From NCBI GenBank assembly GCA_943788175.1, contig CALSPG010000003.1, positions 64,001 to 128,000 of the forward strand: DNA of 64,000 nt. The letters are read 5' to 3'. Positions 20,348 to 30,200 of this stretch are shown here, in pieces. The stretch is from an uncultured bacterium (GTDB lineage Bacteria; Fidelibacterota; Marinisomatia; Marinisomatales; UBA1611). Both the position numbers and the translations under genes were made by a program. Position 1 is the first letter of the stretch. Every line of letters starts with the position of its first letter. The notes under the pieces are model-generated. The model worked only from the letters and a program-made list of their open reading frames with translations, did no database searches and was not told the DNA's origin.

Positions 20348-20506
20348 GGTAATAGTAAAAGAAATATAATTCAGTTAGAAAGTACTGCGGGAACAGGATT
20401 TCGATATACTGTGACCAAAAGTAGAAAGCTACACCCTGAGCGTATTGAGTTTAAAAAATATGATCCAGTCATTCGTAAGCATGTGATCTTTAAAGAGACT
20501 AAATAG
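20342..20506 (+). CDS. rpmG: 50S ribosomal protein L33 (cysteine-free type); not in the ORF track
   Basis: Manual translation [54 protein letters not shown] (54 aa). Confidence 0.95.
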   Translation: MAGNSKRNIIQLESTAGTGFRYTVTKSRKLHPERIEFKKYDPVIRKHVIFKETK

Positions 20507-20537
20507 GTAGTTAGGGGTGATTTTATAGATATTGCAT

Positions 20538-20610
20538 AGGAGAGTAGCTCAACTGGTAGAGCACCGGTCTCCAACACCGGGGGTTGCGGGTTCGAGCCCT
20601 GCCTCTCCTG
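20538..20610 (+). tRNA. tRNA-Trp(CCA)
   Basis: AGGAGAG/CTCTCCT acceptor stem, CCGGT-CTCCAAC-ACCGG anticodon arm; usual position before secE. Confidence 0.95.
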
Positions 20611-20644
20611 CATAAAATTAATCTAAAAATTTAAATAATATAAA

Positions 20645-20827
20645 ATGATAAAAAAAGTTCAGCAGTTTGGGGTAGATGTTAAGTTTGAGATGAGTAAAGT
20701 TTCATGGCCTGATTGGGATAGTTTAAAAGGGTCTACTTATGTGGTTCTGATTTTGTCTTTAATTTTAACAATTTTTTTATTTATTGTGGATTTGTTTCTT
20801 TCTAAATCTATTTCAACAATTATGTAA
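20645..20827 (+). CDS. secE: Preprotein translocase subunit SecE
   Basis: EMSKVSWP motif plus one TM helix; between tRNA-Trp and nusG. Confidence 0.94.
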   Translation: MIKKVQQFGVDVKFEMSKVSWPDWDSLKGSTYVVLILSLILTIFLFIVDLFLSKSISTIM

Positions 20828-20831
20828 TTTT

Positions 20832-21365
20832 ATGAATTGGTATACACTAAGAGTTATTTCAGGAAAAGAAAAAAAGATAAGAGAAAGTATTCTCTTTGAT
20901 GTAGAAACAGCAAATTTACAAGATCATATTGAAAATATTTTAGTTCCGACTGAGAATGTTTTGGAAATGCGTGATGGTAAAAAAAAGATTAAAGAGAAGG
21001 TCTTTTTCCCTGGTTATTTACTGATCCATATTGAAATGAATAAAGAAACAAAATATGTTGTAGAGAACGTTAATGGTGTGATTAGTTTTGTTGGTTCTAG
21101 TGGTAAGCCAGAAGCTTTGAAGCCCGATGAAGTGAAAAGATTTCTAGGTGATCATGATGGTGCGGACGGGCCAATTGTGGTTACAGAGGCGGCTCCATTC
21201 AAGGTAGGCGATTCAGTCAATGTAAAGGATGGTCCTTTTGTAGATTTTTCTGGTGTCGTTCAAGAGGTTAGTCATGAGAAGCAAAAGTTAAAAGTTTCGG
21301 TAAGTATTTTTGGGCGTTCAACTCCAGTTGAGTTAGATTATCTGCAAGTCGCACTTGACAATTAA
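20832..21365 (+). CDS. nusG: Transcription elongation factor NusG
   Basis: MNWYTLRVISGKE, FFPGYLL, KOW DGPFVDFSG, SIFGRSTPVEL. Confidence 0.97.
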   Translation: MNWYTLRVISGKEKKIRESILFDVETANLQDHIENILVPTENVLEMRDGKKKIKEKVFFPGYLLIHIEMNKETKYVVENVNGVISFVGSSGKPEALKPDEVKRFLGDHDGADGPIVVTEAAPFKVGDSVNVKDGPFVDFSGVVQEVSHEKQKLKVSVSIFGRSTPVELDYLQVALDN

Positions 21366-21380
21366 ATAAGGGTTTTATTG

Positions 21381-21806
21381 ATGGCGAAGAAAATTATAGG
21401 TTTTATTAAGTTGCAAATTCCTGCGGGTCAAGCGAATCCTGCTCCCCCTGTTGGGCCTGCGCTTGGTCAGCAAGGTGTTAATATCATGGATTTTTGCAAG
21501 TCATTTAATGCTAAGACTCAAGATAAGGCCGGTGATGTAATTCCTGTTGAAATTACTGTTTATGCTGATAGGAGTTTTACGTTTGTGACAAAAACTCCCC
21601 CCGCTTCAAGACTGATTTTAAAATCGGCTAAGTTAAGTAAAGGTTCTAGTGAGCCTAATAAAGAAAAAGTCGGGGCTATAAGTGAGTCTGAATTAGAAAA
21701 AATTGCCGGAGTTAAAATGGCTGATTTAAATGCTAATTCTGTTGAACAAGCCAAAGAAATGATAAGAGGGACTGCTAAGTCTATGGGTATTGAGGTGAAA
21801 GGTTAA
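21381..21806 (+). CDS. rplK: 50S ribosomal protein L11
   Basis: [20 protein letters not shown]. Confidence 0.98.
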   Translation: MAKKIIGFIKLQIPAGQANPAPPVGPALGQQGVNIMDFCKSFNAKTQDKAGDVIPVEITVYADRSFTFVTKTPPASRLILKSAKLSKGSSEPNKEKVGAISESELEKIAGVKMADLNANSVEQAKEMIRGTAKSMGIEVKG

Positions 21807-21811
21807 ATAAG

Positions 21812-22498
21812 ATGGCTAAAATCAAACAAAAATCAATTGATGAATTTTATGATAAAGAAGTTGTTTACGATTTAAGTGATGCCGTTGAGATTGTGAAAAA
21901 AGTATCTTCTGTCAAATTTGATGAGACAATTGATTTGGCGATAAATCTAAATGTTGATCCGCGTCATGCTGAAGAGAATATTAGAATTAGCACATCTCTT
22001 CCTAATGGCACTGGTAAAAAAGTTGTCTTGTTGGTTCTTGCTCAAGGGCCGAAGGTCCAAGAAGCCTTAGACGCTGGTGCTGATTATTGTGGCAATAAAG
22101 ACTATTTAGATAAAATTAAAGCTGGATGGGTTGATGTTGATAAGATTATAGCAACACCTGATATGATGGCTGAACTTGGTAAGCTTGGTAAAATTTTAGG
22201 TCCAAAAGGTTTGATGCCTAATCCAAAAAGTGGTACAGTTACTATGGATGTTGCCAAGGCTGTTTCTGACCAAAAAGCTGGTATGGTTGAGCTTCGTGTT
22301 GAAAAAACAGGTATCGTTCATACTGTTTGCGGAAAAGTTTCATTTGACAGTTCGGCTCTAGTTGAGAATATTTCTGTAATTTATAATTCTTTACTAAAGT
22401 CGAGGCCTCCATCGGTAAAGGGTCAATATTTTGTGAAGATGTCTATGTCTTCGACCATGGGTCCTAGTGTAAAAATAAATATTAATTCTATAGGGTAA
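21812..22498 (+). CDS. rplA: 50S ribosomal protein L1
   Basis: [30 protein letters not shown]. Confidence 0.98.
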   Translation: MAKIKQKSIDEFYDKEVVYDLSDAVEIVKKVSSVKFDETIDLAINLNVDPRHAEENIRISTSLPNGTGKKVVLLVLAQGPKVQEALDAGADYCGNKDYLDKIKAGWVDVDKIIATPDMMAELGKLGKILGPKGLMPNPKSGTVTMDVAKAVSDQKAGMVELRVEKTGIVHTVCGKVSFDSSALVENISVIYNSLLKSRPPSVKGQYFVKMSMSSTMGPSVKININSIG

Positions 22499-22505
22499 AT
22501 AAACT

Positions 22506-23030
22506 ATGCCTAATCAAAAAAATATTAAAAATCTTGAGCAGTTAACAGATAAGTTGTCCAAGGCAAAATCTATTTATTTTACAGATTATTTAGGCTTAAA
22601 TGTTTCTGACGTTACTGCACTTAGGAAAAAGTTTTTTGAAAAAAATGTTGAATACTTAGTGGTTAAAAATACATTGTTGAAAATTGCTTCGCAAAAAAAT
22701 GATATTAACCTTTCCAGTGATTTGTTTGTTGGATCGACTGCTATTGCGTTGTCATATGATGAGCCTGTTGCAGCTGCAAAGGTAATTAAGGGTTTTCTTA
22801 AGGAGCATGATTTACCAACTGTTAAAGGTCTGGTTTTTGAAGGCGCCTATCATGAAGCTAATCAGTTTGAAAAAATTGCAAATTTACCTAGTAAAGAAGA
22901 GTCTCTTGCGATTCTTGCGATTATGTTAAATAGTCCAATGCAAAATCTTGTGAATGTTCTCAATTCATCAATGGTGAAAGTCGTTAATGTTCTTGAAGCT
23001 GTTAAGAATAATAAAAATATTGAAAATTAA
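22506..23030 (+). CDS. rplJ: 50S ribosomal protein L10
   Basis: DYLGLNV, VVKNTL, ANLPSKEE; operon position. Confidence 0.96.
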   Translation: MPNQKNIKNLEQLTDKLSKAKSIYFTDYLGLNVSDVTALRKKFFEKNVEYLVVKNTLLKIASQKNDINLSSDLFVGSTAIALSYDEPVAAAKVIKGFLKEHDLPTVKGLVFEGAYHEANQFEKIANLPSKEESLAILAIMLNSPMQNLVNVLNSSMVKVVNVLEAVKNNKNIEN

Positions 23031-23047
23031 AATAAGGAGTTAATAAA

Positions 23048-23422
23048 ATGGCTGTAAAAAAAGAAGATGTATTAGCATATCTAGAAAATGCGAATATGAT
23101 GGAAGTTTCTGAGCTAATATCTGAAATCGAAGAGAAATTTGGTGTCTCTGCTGCTGCCCCTGTTGCTGTAGCTGCTGCCCCTGCTGGTGATGCTGGCGGT
23201 GATGTTGCGCAAACTGAGTTTGATGTAGTTTTGAAGGCTGCTGGTCAGCAAAAGATAAACGTTATTAAAGCTGTTAGGGCAATTACTGATCTAGGTTTAA
23301 AGGAAGCTAAAGAGTTAGTTGATTCAGCTCCAAAGGCTATTAAAGAGGGTGTCTCTGAATCTGAAGCAAATGAAATCAAGACCCAGCTTGAAGATGCTGG
23401 TGCAGAGGTTGAATTAAAATAA
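23048..23422 (+). CDS. rplL: 50S ribosomal protein L7/L12
   Basis: [28 protein letters not shown]. Confidence 0.98.
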   Translation: MAVKKEDVLAYLENANMMEVSELISEIEEKFGVSAAAPVAVAAAPAGDAGGDVAQTEFDVVLKAAGQQKINVIKAVRAITDLGLKEAKELVDSAPKAIKEGVSESEANEIKTQLEDAGAEVELK

Positions 23423-23466
23423 TTTTTTATTTAGCTTTTTTATTAAACATTACATCGGAGGATTAA

Positions 23467-26400
23467 TTGGAATCTTTTAACGTTTCAAAAAACAATAGGG
23501 TTACTTTTACCCATATACAAGAACTATTAGAAATACCTGATTTGCTATCTATTCAAACAAAAGCATATCAGCAATTTTTGCAAGAATATGAAGCTCCTGA
23601 AGCTAGAAAAGATTTAGGTCTGCAAGCAGTCTTGAATAGCGTCTTTCCGATTGAAGATTCTCATAGAAATTATATCCTTGAGTTTAATGCTTACTATTTA
23701 GGACAGCCCAAATATACCGGTGATGAATGCATTGATAGGGGTGTGACCTTTTCAGTGCCGCTTCGTGTTAAACTTTCTCTTCACATTACAGACGAAAGCA
23801 ATAAAAATGAGTATGCTCAGAGCATTGAGCAGGATGTTTATTTTGGAAATATACCTTATATGACTGAAAAAGGCACATTTATTATTAATGGTGCCGAAAG
23901 AGTTATTGTTTCTCAATTGCAGCGTTCTCCAGGTGTCTTCTTTGATGAGTCGACCCACCCGAATGGAACTAAATTATTTCAAGCTAGAATTATTCCAGCT
24001 AGGGGTTCGTGGGTTGATTTTACTACTGACATAAATGATTGTCTCTTCGTCATTATTGATCGGAGGAGAAAGTTCCCAGTTACGATGTTACTTCGCGCTC
24101 TTGGTTATTCTTCAAATAGCGATATATGTAAAGCTTTTGGTAATTTAATAACTAAGAAAGTAAAGGGTAAAGGTCTTGAAAAATATATTGGTGCTACTAT
24201 AACTGAGGATGTAATTGATACAAAAACTGGTGAGATATTTTTTGAAAGTGGTACGGAATTATCTGGCGATATAATAGAAAAACTCAAAGAAAATGGTGTT
24301 GATGAAATTAATCTTGTTGATGGTAATAAAGATTTTTCATCTATGTTGCTATTAAATACTATTAGCAAAGACCCTACCCGCGATACTGAAGGTGCACTTC
24401 AAGTTGTTTATCAATTGTTGCGAACTAGTGAGCCGCCTAATCTTGAGACAGCTCAAAAGTTTATTGAACGTATCTTTTTCAGTCCTAAAAAATATGATTT
24501 AGGTCAGGTTGGGAGATATCGTTTAAATCAACAATTTAATCTTGATGTTCCTGTTGAAGAAACTGTCCTTACCATGGAAGACATTATTCAGGTTCTTGTC
24601 ACTCTAATAGATATGAGAAGAGGTGATAGAGGTGTTGATGATATTGATCACTTGGGTAATAGAAGAGTTAAGACTATTGGTGAACAATTAACTAATCAAT
24701 TTAGTATTGCTTTGAGTAGAATGATAAGAACGATTCATGAACGTATGAATCTCAGAGAATCTGAGAGTATTACGCCTCAAGATTTAATCAATTCTAGAGT
24801 TGTGACTACTGTTATTAATACTTTCTTCGGTACTTCTCAGTTATCCCAGTTTGGTGATCAAACAAATCCGCTTGCTGAAATTACTCACAAACGAAGAATA
24901 TCTGCGTTGGGTCCTGGTGGTTTAACCAGGGAAAGAGCTGGTTTTGAAGTTAGGGATGTTCATTATACTCATTATGGGCGATTGTGTCCAATTGAAACTC
25001 CTGAAGGTCCAAATATTGGTTTAATATCTTCTCTTGCTATGTTCGCTGAAGTCAACAATCACGGTTTTATTGAATCTCCTTACAGGGAGGTTGTAAAGTC
25101 TAAAGGGAAGTCGAGAGTTACTGATAATATCAAATACTTATCTGCAGATGACGAAGATCGTGTTATGGTAGCGCAAGCCAGTACAGAGTTGGATTCTGAA
25201 AAAAACATTACTGAAAAAAACATAAGAACTCGTGTTAAAGGTGATTTTCCAATAGTTGGCCCTGAGAGTGTAGATTATGTAGAGGTTTCCCCAACTCAGA
25301 TTTTAAGTGTTGCTGCAGCCTTGATTCCTTTTCTAGATCATGATGATGCTAACAGAGCCCTGATGGGTTCTAATATGCAACGACAAGCTGTTCCTTTAAT
25401 GTATCCTCAGTCACCAATTGTTGGTACTGGAATGGAAAGTCGTGTCGCTAAAGATTCAAGGTCATGTGTTGTTTCTCCTGTTTCTGGGCGTGTTGTTTAT
25501 GTTGATGCAGAAACAATTCATATAAAAAGGAAAGATGTTCAAGATAGTCTAACTCTTTTTGAAGGTGAAGCTATTCATGAGATAAAATTAAAAAAATATT
25601 TCAGAACAAATCAAAATACAGTTCATAATCAACGACCTCTCGTTACCGAAGGTCAGAAAATTGAAGCTGGAGATGTTGTTGCTGATGGTGCGGCTACAGA
25701 AATGGGTGAGTTGGCTCTTGGTTCAAATGTCCATGTTGCTTATATGGCATGGCGTGGCTATAATTTTGAAGATGCTATCGTTGTAAGCGAGCGTCTAGTC
25801 AAAGATGATACTTTTAGTTCTGTTCACTGTAATGAGATTGAAGTTGAGGTTAGGGATACCAAGCGAGGTCAAGAAGAGCTTACACCTGAAATTCCAAATG
25901 TAAGTGAAGATGCTACGAAGGATTTAGATGAGGAAGGTATTGTTCGAGAAGGTGCGCGTGTAAAAGAAGGTGACATTCTTATTGGTAAGGTTACCCCTAA
26001 GGGTGAGTCAGACCCAACTCCTGAAGAAAAATTGCTTCGAGCTATTTTTGGTGAAAAAGCTGGTGAGGTAAAAGATGCATCTAAGAGGGCTGAACCAGGT
26101 ATTAAAGGTTGCGTGATTCGAACAAAATTATTTGAAAAACAGGCGAAGAGAACAAAAGCAGAAGAGAGAGAGCAGATTCGAGAATATCAGAGGAAAGCGT
26201 CCGAAGATAAGAAAAATTTAAAAATTTCCCGAGATGAAAAGTTATTAGCTTTAATGTTGGATCAAGTTTCTAATGGAATTCGTAGTGTTTCTAGTAATAG
26301 GACGCTAATTAAAAAGTCTACAAAGCTTACTTCAAAAAGATTGTCAGGTTTTGATTTAGAGAGATTCGCTCAAGATGTAGCTTGGGTTGAGGATACAAGG

Positions 26401-27246
26401 ACATGGAACAAAATTTCTAAAGTTTGGCTTTCTTTTAGAAAAGAATGGTCAAGATTAGAAACTCAGCTTGAGAGGCAAGTATTTAAGTTGAAGATTGGTG
26501 ACGAACTGCAACCTGGTATTCTTCGAATGGCAAAAGTTTATGTTGCACAAAAGCGTAAGCTTCAAGTTGGTGACAAAATGGCTGGTAGGCACGGTAATAA
26601 AGGTATTGTTGCGACTATCGTACCTGAGGAAGATATGCCATTTTTAGAAGATGGTACTCCTGTTGATATTGTTTTAAATCCGCTGGGTGTGCCTTCAAGG
26701 ATGAATTTAGGCCAGTTATATGAGGCGATGTTGGGCTGGGCTGGTATGGCTACTGGTAATAAATATTCTACTCCAGTTTTTAACGGTGCTTCGCCTGAAC
26801 AGGTATTAAATGAGTTGAATAGTGCTGGCTTGCCTATTACAGGCAAAACTAAGCTTATTGATGGTGTCACTGGTGAAGCATTTGATAATCCTGTTACTGT
26901 GGGTGTTTCTTATATTATGAAGCTTAGTCATATGGTTGATGATAAAATGCACGCTAGGTCAACAGGTCCGTATTCGCTAATTACTCAGCAGCCATTAGGA
27001 GGGAAAGCTCAGTTTGGTGGACAGCGTTTTGGTGAAATGGAGGTCTGGGCTTTACAAGCATATGGTGCCGCTCATACATTGCATGAGATCTTGACTGTTA
27101 AGTCTGATGATGTAGAAGGTCGGTCTAAAGTTTATAATGCTATTGTAAGAGGCGAGCAAATGCCGGAGTTTTCAGCGCCTGAATCATTTAATGTCATGAT
27201 CAAAGAGCTCCAAGGTCTTTGCATTGATGTAGAACTAGATAATTAA
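23467..27246 (+). CDS. rpoB: RNA polymerase beta subunit
   Basis: GTFIINGAERV, ETPEGPNIGL, GDKMAGRHGNKG, GGQRFGEME; TTG start with CGGAGG SD. Confidence 0.99.
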   Translation: MESFNVSKNNRVTFTHIQELLEIPDLLSIQTKAYQQFLQEYEAPEARKDLGLQAVLNSVFPIEDSHRNYILEFNAYYLGQPKYTGDECIDRGVTFSVPLRVKLSLHITDESNKNEYAQSIEQDVYFGNIPYMTEKGTFIINGAERVIVSQLQRSPGVFFDESTHPNGTKLFQARIIPARGSWVDFTTDINDCLFVIIDRRRKFPVTMLLRALGYSSNSDICKAFGNLITKKVKGKGLEKYIGATITEDVIDTKTGEIFFESGTELSGDIIEKLKENGVDEINLVDGNKDFSSMLLLNTISKDPTRDTEGALQVVYQLLRTSEPPNLETAQKFIERIFFSPKKYDLGQVGRYRLNQQFNLDVPVEETVLTMEDIIQVLVTLIDMRRGDRGVDDIDHLGNRRVKTIGEQLTNQFSIALSRMIRTIHERMNLRESESITPQDLINSRVVTTVINTFFGTSQLSQFGDQTNPLAEITHKRRISALGPGGLTRERAGFEVRDVHYTHYGRLCPIETPEGPNIGLISSLAMFAEVNNHGFIESPYREVVKSKGKSRVTDNIKYLSADDEDRVMVAQASTELDSEKNITEKNIRTRVKGDFPIVGPESVDYVEVSPTQILSVAAALIPFLDHDDANRALMGSNMQRQAVPLMYPQSPIVGTGMESRVAKDSRSCVVSPVSGRVVYVDAETIHIKRKDVQDSLTLFEGEAIHEIKLKKYFRTNQNTVHNQRPLVTEGQKIEAGDVVADGAATEMGELALGSNVHVAYMAWRGYNFEDAIVVSERLVKDDTFSSVHCNEIEVEVRDTKRGQEELTPEIPNVSEDATKDLDEEGIVREGARVKEGDILIGKVTPKGESDPTPEEKLLRAIFGEKAGEVKDASKRAEPGIKGCVIRTKLFEKQAKRTKAEEREQIREYQRKASEDKKNLKISRDEKLLALMLDQVSNGIRSVSSNRTLIKKSTKLTSKRLSGFDLERFAQDVAWVEDTRTWNKISKVWLSFRKEWSRLETQLERQVFKLKIGDELQPGILRMAKVYVAQKRKLQVGDKMAGRHGNKGIVATIVPEEDMPFLEDGTPVDIVLNPLGVPSRMNLGQLYEAMLGWAGMATGNKYSTPVFNGASPEQVLNELNSAGLPITGKTKLIDGVTGEAFDNPVTVGVSYIMKLSHMVDDKMHARSTGPYSLITQQPLGGKAQFGGQRFGEMEVWALQAYGAAHTLHEILTVKSDDVEGRSKVYNAIVRGEQMPEFSAPESFNVMIKELQGLCIDVELDN

Positions 27247-27257
27247 GAGGAATAAAA

Positions 27258-30200
27258 TTGACTTATATACAATCAAATAACTTAGATACTTCAAAATCTT
27301 ACAGTTCGATTACCATTGGTTTGGCCTCTCCTGAGTCTATTTTGGCCAGGTCTTATGGTGAAATTTTAAAGCCCGAGACTATTAATTATAGGTCTTACAA
27401 GCCTGAAAAGGATGGTCTTTTTTGCGAGAAGATTTTTGGGCCAGTTAAGGACTACGAATGTCACTGCGGTAAATATAAAGGTATTCGCTACCGCGGTATT
27501 ATTTGCGACAGATGTGGTGTCGAGGTTACTAGAAAAAAAGTAAGAAGAGAAAGAATGGGGCATATTACTCTTGCTGTACCGATTGTCCATATTTGGTATC
27601 TGAGGTCTATTCCAAGTAAGTTGAGTTATTTAGCCGGTAGAAGCACAAAAGAGCTTGAGCGGGTAATTTATTATGAGATGTATATGGTGCTTGATCCTGC
27701 TGATAGTGGTCTTAAGCCTTTTGATCTAATAGAAGAAGAAGATTATCTAGATTACGAGCAAAAATTTGGTTTTTCTGCTGTCAGCGAGGAGCGAAGAGAT
27801 AATGATGATTATTTTTATGCTGCCATGGGTGGGGAAGCAATTAAAGAAATGCTTGCTAGAATAAATATAATGGAGCTCAAAAAAGAGCTTGAAGATATTG
27901 TTAAAACGTCCAAATCTAAACAAAAAAGGACGGATGCATTAAAAAGGCTGAAGGTTACTTATTCTTTTGTGCCAGACCCAACTAAAAAACGTCTGAATAA
28001 GCCAGAATGGATGATTGTTTCTATCCTTCCCGTTATTCCTCCGGAGCTTAGGCCATTAGTGCCCTTAGAGGGCGGTAGGTTTGCTGCTAGTGACTTAAAT
28101 GACCTTTATAGAAGGATCATTATTAGGAACAATAGATTAAAGCAGTTGATGGAGATTAAGGCGCCTGATGTAATTTTAAGAAATGAAAAAAGAATGTTGC
28201 AAGAATCAGTAGATGCGCTTTTTGATAATAGTCGAAGAAAGACTGCTATTCGAAGCGGTTCTCGTCGACCTTTAAAATCTCTTTCTGATATGCTCAGAGG
28301 TAAGACTGGTAGATTTAGGCAAAACTTGCTTGGTAAGAGAGTTGATTATTCAGGTAGGTCGGTTATTGTTGTCGGTCCACAGTTAAAATTGCAAGAATGT
28401 GGATTGCCTAAAAATATGGCTTTAGAGCTGTTTAAACCTCATATGATTCGAGAGTTGATGGGGCGCGGATATACCCAAACTCCTAGGAGCGCAAAATTGA
28501 TGATTGAGAATCATGAGCCAGTTGTATACAAAGTTTTAGAATATGTGGTTAAGGATCATCCTGTCATGTTAAATAGGGCTCCAACTCTTCATAGGCTTGG
28601 GATTCAAGCTTTCCAACCGGTGTTGGTTGAAGGTAAGGCTATCCAGTTACATCCACTAGTTTGCTCTGCTTTTAATGCTGATTTTGATGGTGACCAAATG
28701 GCTGTTCATGTGCCGTTATCTCTTCCTGCTCAGATGGAGGCTAGGATGTTGATGCTCGCAAGTCATAATATTTTGCACCCAGCTAACGGTCAGCCTATTG
28801 CTGTCCCTTCTCAGGATATGATTCTTGGCTCTTATTATCTGACAAAGTTAAAAAATGGTGATTTAGGCGAAGGTAAACTTTTTGGGTCTATTGATGAGGT
28901 GGTTTTAGCTCATGAAAATAGGGTTGTAGGTATGCATGCCAAAATCTCTGTTAAGCATAAAGGTGTATGGATAAAAGATACTACTGTTGGTAGGGCTATT
29001 TTCAATTCGATTTTGCCTACTGAAATGGATTTTATTGATGCACTTATTGATAAAAAACTATTAACAGAAGTTGTCAATCAATGTTATCTAGTAGTTGGTA
29101 ATTATAAGACAGTAATCTTTTTAGACGACTTAAAAGATTTAGGTTTTAAAATGGCTACACTTAGTGGTCTTTCAATTTCTATTAGTGATGTATTAATACC
29201 TGGCGAAAAGGATAATATTCTCGCAATTGCTTTTGATAAAGTAAATGATATCAAAAATAAATTTGACAGACATGTTTTAACAGAAGGTGAACGTTATAAT
29301 AAGGTTATCGATGTCTGGACGCACACTACAAACCATGTAGCGCAAGTTATGGAGCAGGAGTTGAGAAAGGACAATCAAGGGTTTAATGCGCTTTCCATGA
29401 TGACAGATTCTGGTGCTAGGGGTAGTAAGGATCAGATAAAGCAGCTAGCGGGAATGCGAGGCCTGATGGCAAAGCCTCAAAAGTCTATGAAAGGTGGTGT
29501 CGGTGAGATTATTGAGTCTCCAATAACATCGAATTTTAAAGAAGGATTGTCTGTTTTTGAGTATTTTATTTCAACTCACGGTGCTAGAAAAGGTCTTGCT
29601 GATACAGCTTTAAAAACTGCTGACGCTGGGTATCTTACTCGGAGGCTAGTCGATGTAGCTCAGGATGTTGTTGTCTATGAAGAGGATTGTGGTACAATTA
29701 ATGGTATTCTTATTTCAGACTTAAAAGAGGGTGAAGAAATTATCGAACCTATTGCTGATCGTATTTTAGGTAGAACTATTCTTGATGATTTTATTGATAG
29801 AGGTAAGGTTGTTGTGAAGGCTGGTTCTGTTTTATCTGAAAAGGAAGCAGAGTTAATTGGTGATAGCGGTGTTGAGAGTGTTCAGATTAGGTCTGTTCTG
29901 ACTTGTGATACTAAAAGAGGTATATGCGCTAAGTGTTATGGTTGGGATTTGTCTCTTCACAAAATTGTTGATATCGGAACATCTGTTGGCATAAGAGCCG
30001 CTCAAAGTATTGGTGAGCCTGGAACTCAGTTAACTCTTCGAACATTTCATATTGGTGGTACTGCTAGTAGAGTCATTGAGCAATCTGAAATGAAAAATAA
30101 ACGCGCTGGAGTTGTTGAATTTTCTGATAATTATGATTATGCTATTACCAGAGATGAGGCTGGTCTGGAGGTTCGTAGATGTATGGTTAGACATGCGAAG

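Noticed and set aside
20371-20613. 80-aa minus-strand ORF
   Set aside because: Antisense to rpmG and tRNA-Trp.
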